A stretch of 64,000 nucleotides of DNA from the human T2T-CHM13v2.0 reference genome, Homo sapiens: the NCBI RefSeq assembly GCF_009914755.1, contig NC_060927.1; one strand, given 5' to 3'. A program made the translations under genes and the position numbers. Positions 58,190 through 64,000 of the stretch are shown here, piece after piece. Numbering within the stretch: the stretch's first letter is position 1; each line of letters opens with the position of its first letter. The notes below the pieces were generated by a model. It searched no databases, had not been told where the DNA came from, and worked only from the letters and a program-made list of their open reading frames with translations.

Positions 58190-58410
58190 GAGGAATTGGC
58201 AAACATTTCTATGAAGAGCAAGATAGTAAATATTTTAGGCTTTATGGGTCAGAGTCTCTGTCATGTAGTCTTATTTGCCCTTTGCAAGACAAACCAACAA
58301 ACAAACAACCCAGTGCTTTAAAAATGTAAACCATTCTTAGCTCCAAGACTTAGAAAAACAGGCAGTGGGCCAGATTTGGTCCATGGACTGAAGTTTGTCA
58401 ACCCATCTTA
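58190..58410. mobile_element. MER58-like hAT element
   Basis: agatagtaaatattttaggcttt; aaaacaggcagtgggccagatttgg. Confidence 0.75.
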
Positions 58411-61344
58411 AGCAAATAGAAAAGTATGGTGAATGATACAAAAGCACTGTTATCACCCACCATTTAGCTTTGTCAAATCTTAACATTTTACTGTTTGCTT
58501 CAAATCTTCTCCAAATACCTTTTGTCCCAGGGGAATTCAGCAAGAGACTATATAGATATATATGAATCCATTATTTCTCTCAAACCTAAGCTCTGTAATA
58601 GTTTTATCTTGATGATCAAGGGCAACAAAAATTGTTCTAACAGAACTTTCCTTCCTAGAGAATATAAAGGGAAATTGCAGACTGCTCTGCTTATATTATT
58701 ATGAATTCCAAGTTAGTAGAATCCACACCAATAAGGGATAGAGAGTAAGAAGCCTACCTGTCCTTCAGGTGGTAACCTTTTCCCATCGGTTTTCTGGAGT
58801 TTAAAGTCAGAATTTAAGCAGGCAGTCTGCCTGACAACCTAATTCACATCTGATCTTCTCTTTTTCCATTCAGCCTCCAAAAATGTTATCTCAAGCTCTC
58901 AAATGTATCCGAGGTAAAAATGAAATAGTGAAATAAGAATATGGAAGGAGATGTGTGAATCTCTCTTAAGTTTCCACATCTGGGCTACTAGCCTCTGTTG
59001 GCCTTTATTTAGCATTAAATAGCTATTTGTTGAATGAATAAATGAGTAAGTGGATGAATAACCAAGTGAGGGGATGTTCACTTTCCTGCTTTGTCTCCTC
59101 AAATGGAAACCGCTCCCTTGCCTGAGGGCCATCCCTTTCCCTGCTTTTTGCTTCTCAAGGATGGGTACAAGAGGACCTGACATCAGGGTGCCCTTCTCAG
59201 ACTTCAGGGTAGTGCCTCAGCAAGACTCAAGTATCTTACCTAGACCTCTAAGTCTTTTAATTCCTCTAGCCTTTAACACCTAAAAAACGACAGTACCCTA
59301 GGAAGGGTCTGGTCACCTTTCCTGGCAAGAGGGAAAGACATCATGTGAGTGTAGATTGTTTTACTTTATTGTGGGGGCAGAAATCCCTCGATAATATGCT
59401 GTAGCCATTTTGAGGAGAGGGTGCTTTCTCGATCACCATTGTTCCCACAGGCTTTCTTACAGTACGCTATATACAAGCTCTTTGTTTAAATTTTGAAAAT
59501 TTTGTAACAATTTACTTTCTCTTTAAGGAATACCTATATATTCATTGTCCTTTTGCCCATTCTTAGAAGTTGCCATCTTCCTCCTCATGGATTTGGGTTG
59601 GAAAAGGATATTTCTGGCCGTTTAATTTTAGTACAATTGTTTGTTTATTTGTTTTTGGATGCCCGAGAGAAATCTTTGAAGGTGAGCATAATTTCTGTTG
59701 TTACTAGAACTCACTTTGCTTTCTTCTAACCCTGAGCAGGAATTTGTATTTGAGATTTCATTCCAGAGGAAATAAAGAACCTTCCTATGTTAATGATCTA
59801 ACATTTAGGTTTCCTCATTGTTTAGATAGTATAGTGTATAGTTTTATATGCATATTTGAATGCAGAATAATTAGGAAAATAAATTTAACATTTTAGCAAA
59901 GCACATTTTAGGAACTTTGTTAAACGTTCCTTGTGGAGCCTTAATAAACACTTTTCTCTCTTTACTTTCTAGGTTTATATCCATGCCTTCATTAACATTA
60001 GCCAGTCATGTCACTGAGGGAAAATGTTTCTTCCCTGGCTTTGTAGGTGCTCATGGTGCCTGGATTCAGTGCTGGGAATGCTTAAGTAGAAATCAAGACA
60101 CTTAGCAATACAATAGGAAACCATTCTCTCCTCCTCTCAATTGCCACCAAGCAGATTAATAAAAGTAAACACATCTGCCTGGTGGCAAATAGGAATTTGT
60201 GGAATGAGCCCAACCTGAATATCCCCCTCCACATTTGGTGGCTTCTGACGTCAGGTACCTTTGCATTAATACCTGCATTCTTTCTGATTAACATCAGGTA
60301 TCTCAAATATGTCCCCACCTATGTTCACAAGAGCCTGGTAGATATATATGTACTGATGTAGAAGGGTCAAGATAAAGTTAAAAATGTAAATTGCAAGATG
60401 TACCATTATGATCCCTTTTTGTTATTAATATATTTTTATGCACACAAAGTTTGGGGTACATATGCTCAATATTATTCATGTTCCTCCAGAAGTAGAAAGT
60501 GAATCTCATATCCAGGTGTTCCTGATAAGTCTGCCCTCTCCCAGCCTCCACTCCACCCTTGGCAGGAGTGAAGAGGAGCTCCCAGAACCCAGCTTGCTCC
60601 ATTAAGCCCACAGGCCTGTCCAACCCTCACAGCTTCACCACCACTCTCTGACTTAAGGTCATCAGGACTAATCTGTCTAATATGCCCTTCATCCTTGTTT
60701 ACATTAGTCACCACCAGAAATCCAGGAATCCAGATCACCCCCCATCCCCCACCCCACTTTCCTCCTCACACTGCTCTTATATATTTCCTAAGTCCACTTC
60801 CAACCCTCCCAACTCCTGAAATCGTTTCACCATGTCCTCTTGCACTCTGAATTCATGATGATTTACCGGCAAAGTTTCCTATGTCATATCTCTTCTCTAA
60901 ACATTTCCCTTCCTATTATAACTTAAACTCGTCTCTTCCTAAGGATACTGTAGCCAGTGAAATGGTGGCTCTATTCTTTCTCATTCCCACCCCCTATCCC
61001 ACTGGGCCTGGAGGGGGCAGTAAGGGTTCTTGCATTTCATTGCTGCTCTAGACTATTCTCCTGGCTGCCTCCCTGAAACCAGCCCCGCCCCAACTTTGAA
61101 CTAATACCATTAGACTCTGCTATCCACTACCTCTTCTGATTGTAGTCATCTACCAACCCAGGTCACTTATTTCTTGAAGGTTTTATCTCCTGGCTTTATG
61201 ACACACTTTTCAATATTACTCTTGCCACTGTTCGAGTGTTTGATAGATAAGGTATCCAATACAGGAGCTTCTCAATTCCTTGATCTCCTCTAATGAGTCT
61301 GTCCTCTGCCCTTCTTCGTTCATTTTCTGGCCTTATGTTTATGT

Positions 61345-61533
61345 CAGTGGTTTTAAGAGTATGGTTCCCAACTAATACTGTTAGCATTACCTGGACACTT
61401 GATAGAAATGCATATTCTCCTACCCCAACCCAAACCTAGTAAATCAGAAACTCTGGGGGTAGGGCTCAACATTTTTTGGTTTTAACAAGCCCTCCGGGTG
61501 ATTCTGATGCATGATTATGCTTGAGAACCACTG
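61345..61533. mobile_element. MER5A
   Basis: cagtggtttt...aatcagaaactctggggg...ttgagaaccactg. Confidence 0.85.
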
Positions 61534-61837
61534 CCATAATTCGTCACTAAAATCATTCCCTTGAATATACTCTGAGGTTCCTTGTCATCCCCTCATTTCA
61601 TGGTACCCACCTGGAACAGCTCCAACTCAGATTAAATTGTGTTCTCTGTCTACTTTGAGCTTTTATTCGTGCAGCTGAACTTGGCTACAGAAGATCACAC
61701 AACCATGCTGAGTGGTCTTGCTTTAAATTCATGACCACCAACCTCCAGTGGGTCTTTAGTACTGTGTGGCAGTCCTACTGTGTTTCCCTAGTCCATTCAC
61801 TTTCCACTCTGCAGGTGCCTTTTTCCCTGTCTTCTAA

Positions 61838-62498
<661 letters not shown>

Positions 62499-63745
62499 CC
62501 CAAACTCCTGTCTAAGGCCAGACCTACACTGGGGCTTTATTAATAGATACCATCCCCTCCCATCAACTCACAAACACTCCTGCAGAGATTGACCCATTTC
62601 TCCCCTGCAGTCATCAGTTTTTCTCCTCTGCTCAATCACTCCTTCAGCAGATAAACATGCTACAATTCTCCCAGCTTTAAAACAAAACAGACCCCTAGTG
62701 CTCCAACATACCAGTTGAGTTAACACTCATTTGTCTGCTCTTCTTCACTCCAGGGCTCTCTGAAAGAGCTGTTATTATTGTTTCCAGTTCCTCCTCTAGC
62801 CCTCCTCTTTCTAAATATACCAGACATATTCCCATTTGCTGTTCCTTCTTCCTACAACACCCCCACCCCATACCTGCAGGACTCACTCCATCACCACATC
62901 CGTCTTTGTAAAAATATCACTTCACTGAGGCCTTTTTGCCCTAAAAATTTCATGCACACATACAATCTTTGGCATTCCCTTTCCCCCTCTACTGTTTTTT
63001 TTTCCCCTAACACTTATCACCCCCTGATATATTATTTCAATTACTGTTTCTTTTTCTCCACTGACTCCTACCACTAGAATGAAACCTCTATGAGAACAGG
63101 GAATTTTATCTGTTACATTCACTGCTATATCCCTGGTAGCTGGCACTCAGTGTTCAATTGATATTTGTTAGTAATTGTCACTTTGTATAGGGACTTTTGT
63201 TTCTATGTTATATTTCTGTAGTATTTAAATTTTTCCTTACAACCAACCTTATCCTTTTGTAAGAAGAAAAAAATAATAAAGGTAATTTTTCTAAATTCTC
63301 TTAGATACCCTAAGAGATTCCACTATTTTAGCCAGGCTTGAGCCCCTGAAACCAGGCTTCCCAATATGATCATCTTCAGAAATTGGATAAAATTACGTGT
63401 GTAAACTGATCACTTCAGAAGCTCTATTATACCATATCTTGCAGTCCTTCATAAGAACTGGGAATTACATAGAGATCTTTGAATCAGTCATCTCCCTTGA
63501 GATTGCCAGCAAACCGTAACTAGTCTAGCCTTGGTCTGAGGAGTTATTCTGTCATCCCCTCTCATGGATCTACTTTTGGAGACCACAGTTAAGGTGTTTA
63601 CCCTGGGAGGTGCTTTGGCATCCAAGAGACGTATTTGTCGTACTTCCAGCATAATGCTCATTGTCACCAGCGTCCTTGACTATCAGTTCCAAGCTCCTGT
63701 TTTGACATCTGTGAGTTCAACTCCCACCCACAATTACTGAGAAAT

Positions 63746-63761
63746 CATACACACATACACA

Positions 63762-63792
<31 letters not shown>
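63746..63792. repeat. Interrupted (CA)n microsatellite
   Basis: Read directly. Confidence 0.95.
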
Positions 63793-64000
63793 TCTCCACC
63801 AAGGAAGACACTGGGGCAGAGTATTTTATAGCACCAGTCACCAGGCACTTATTTAACATGGCAGTGTCAGTGAAATAGAATCCCTTCATTTCTTTTTTCT
63901 CCAACATATTTATAGGCCAAAAATGAATTATTATGGTCTGTAATGAGCAATCTCTAATTGAATTAATTCCTCAAGGAGAGAGGGAAGAAAAAAAGCAGAC

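Overview
Human genomic DNA (an AluYa5-type monomer is present) covering the 5' part of PPP2R3A, the PP2A regulatory subunit B'' alpha (PR130 isoform), on the + strand. It contains a CpG-island promoter (~17.2-18.3 kb), a short non-coding exon 1 ending at 17620, a ~35.2 kb intron 1 and an unusually large 2435-nt exon 2 (52832-55266). Exon 2 carries a 440-nt uAUG-rich 5'UTR and the first 665 codons, the PR130-specific N-terminus. Upstream lies a near full-length old L1 (minus strand) with nested insertions: two L1 3' stubs, a MER11 solo LTR, an AluJ and an NDUFS6 processed pseudogene. The rest is mostly Alu, L1, L2, MIR, MaLR/ERVL LTR and DNA-transposon remnants; almost all short ORFs in the track are repeat-derived or GC-driven noise. 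I see no convincing new biological system. The best second-look items are a 34-bp hairpin made by local inverted duplication inside an L1 remnant, an AluYa5 right arm inside an older Alu, inverted nested MaLR LTRs, the uORF cluster and an unexplained C-depleted tract. Repeat subfamily calls and reference comparisons are from memory, not from a search.
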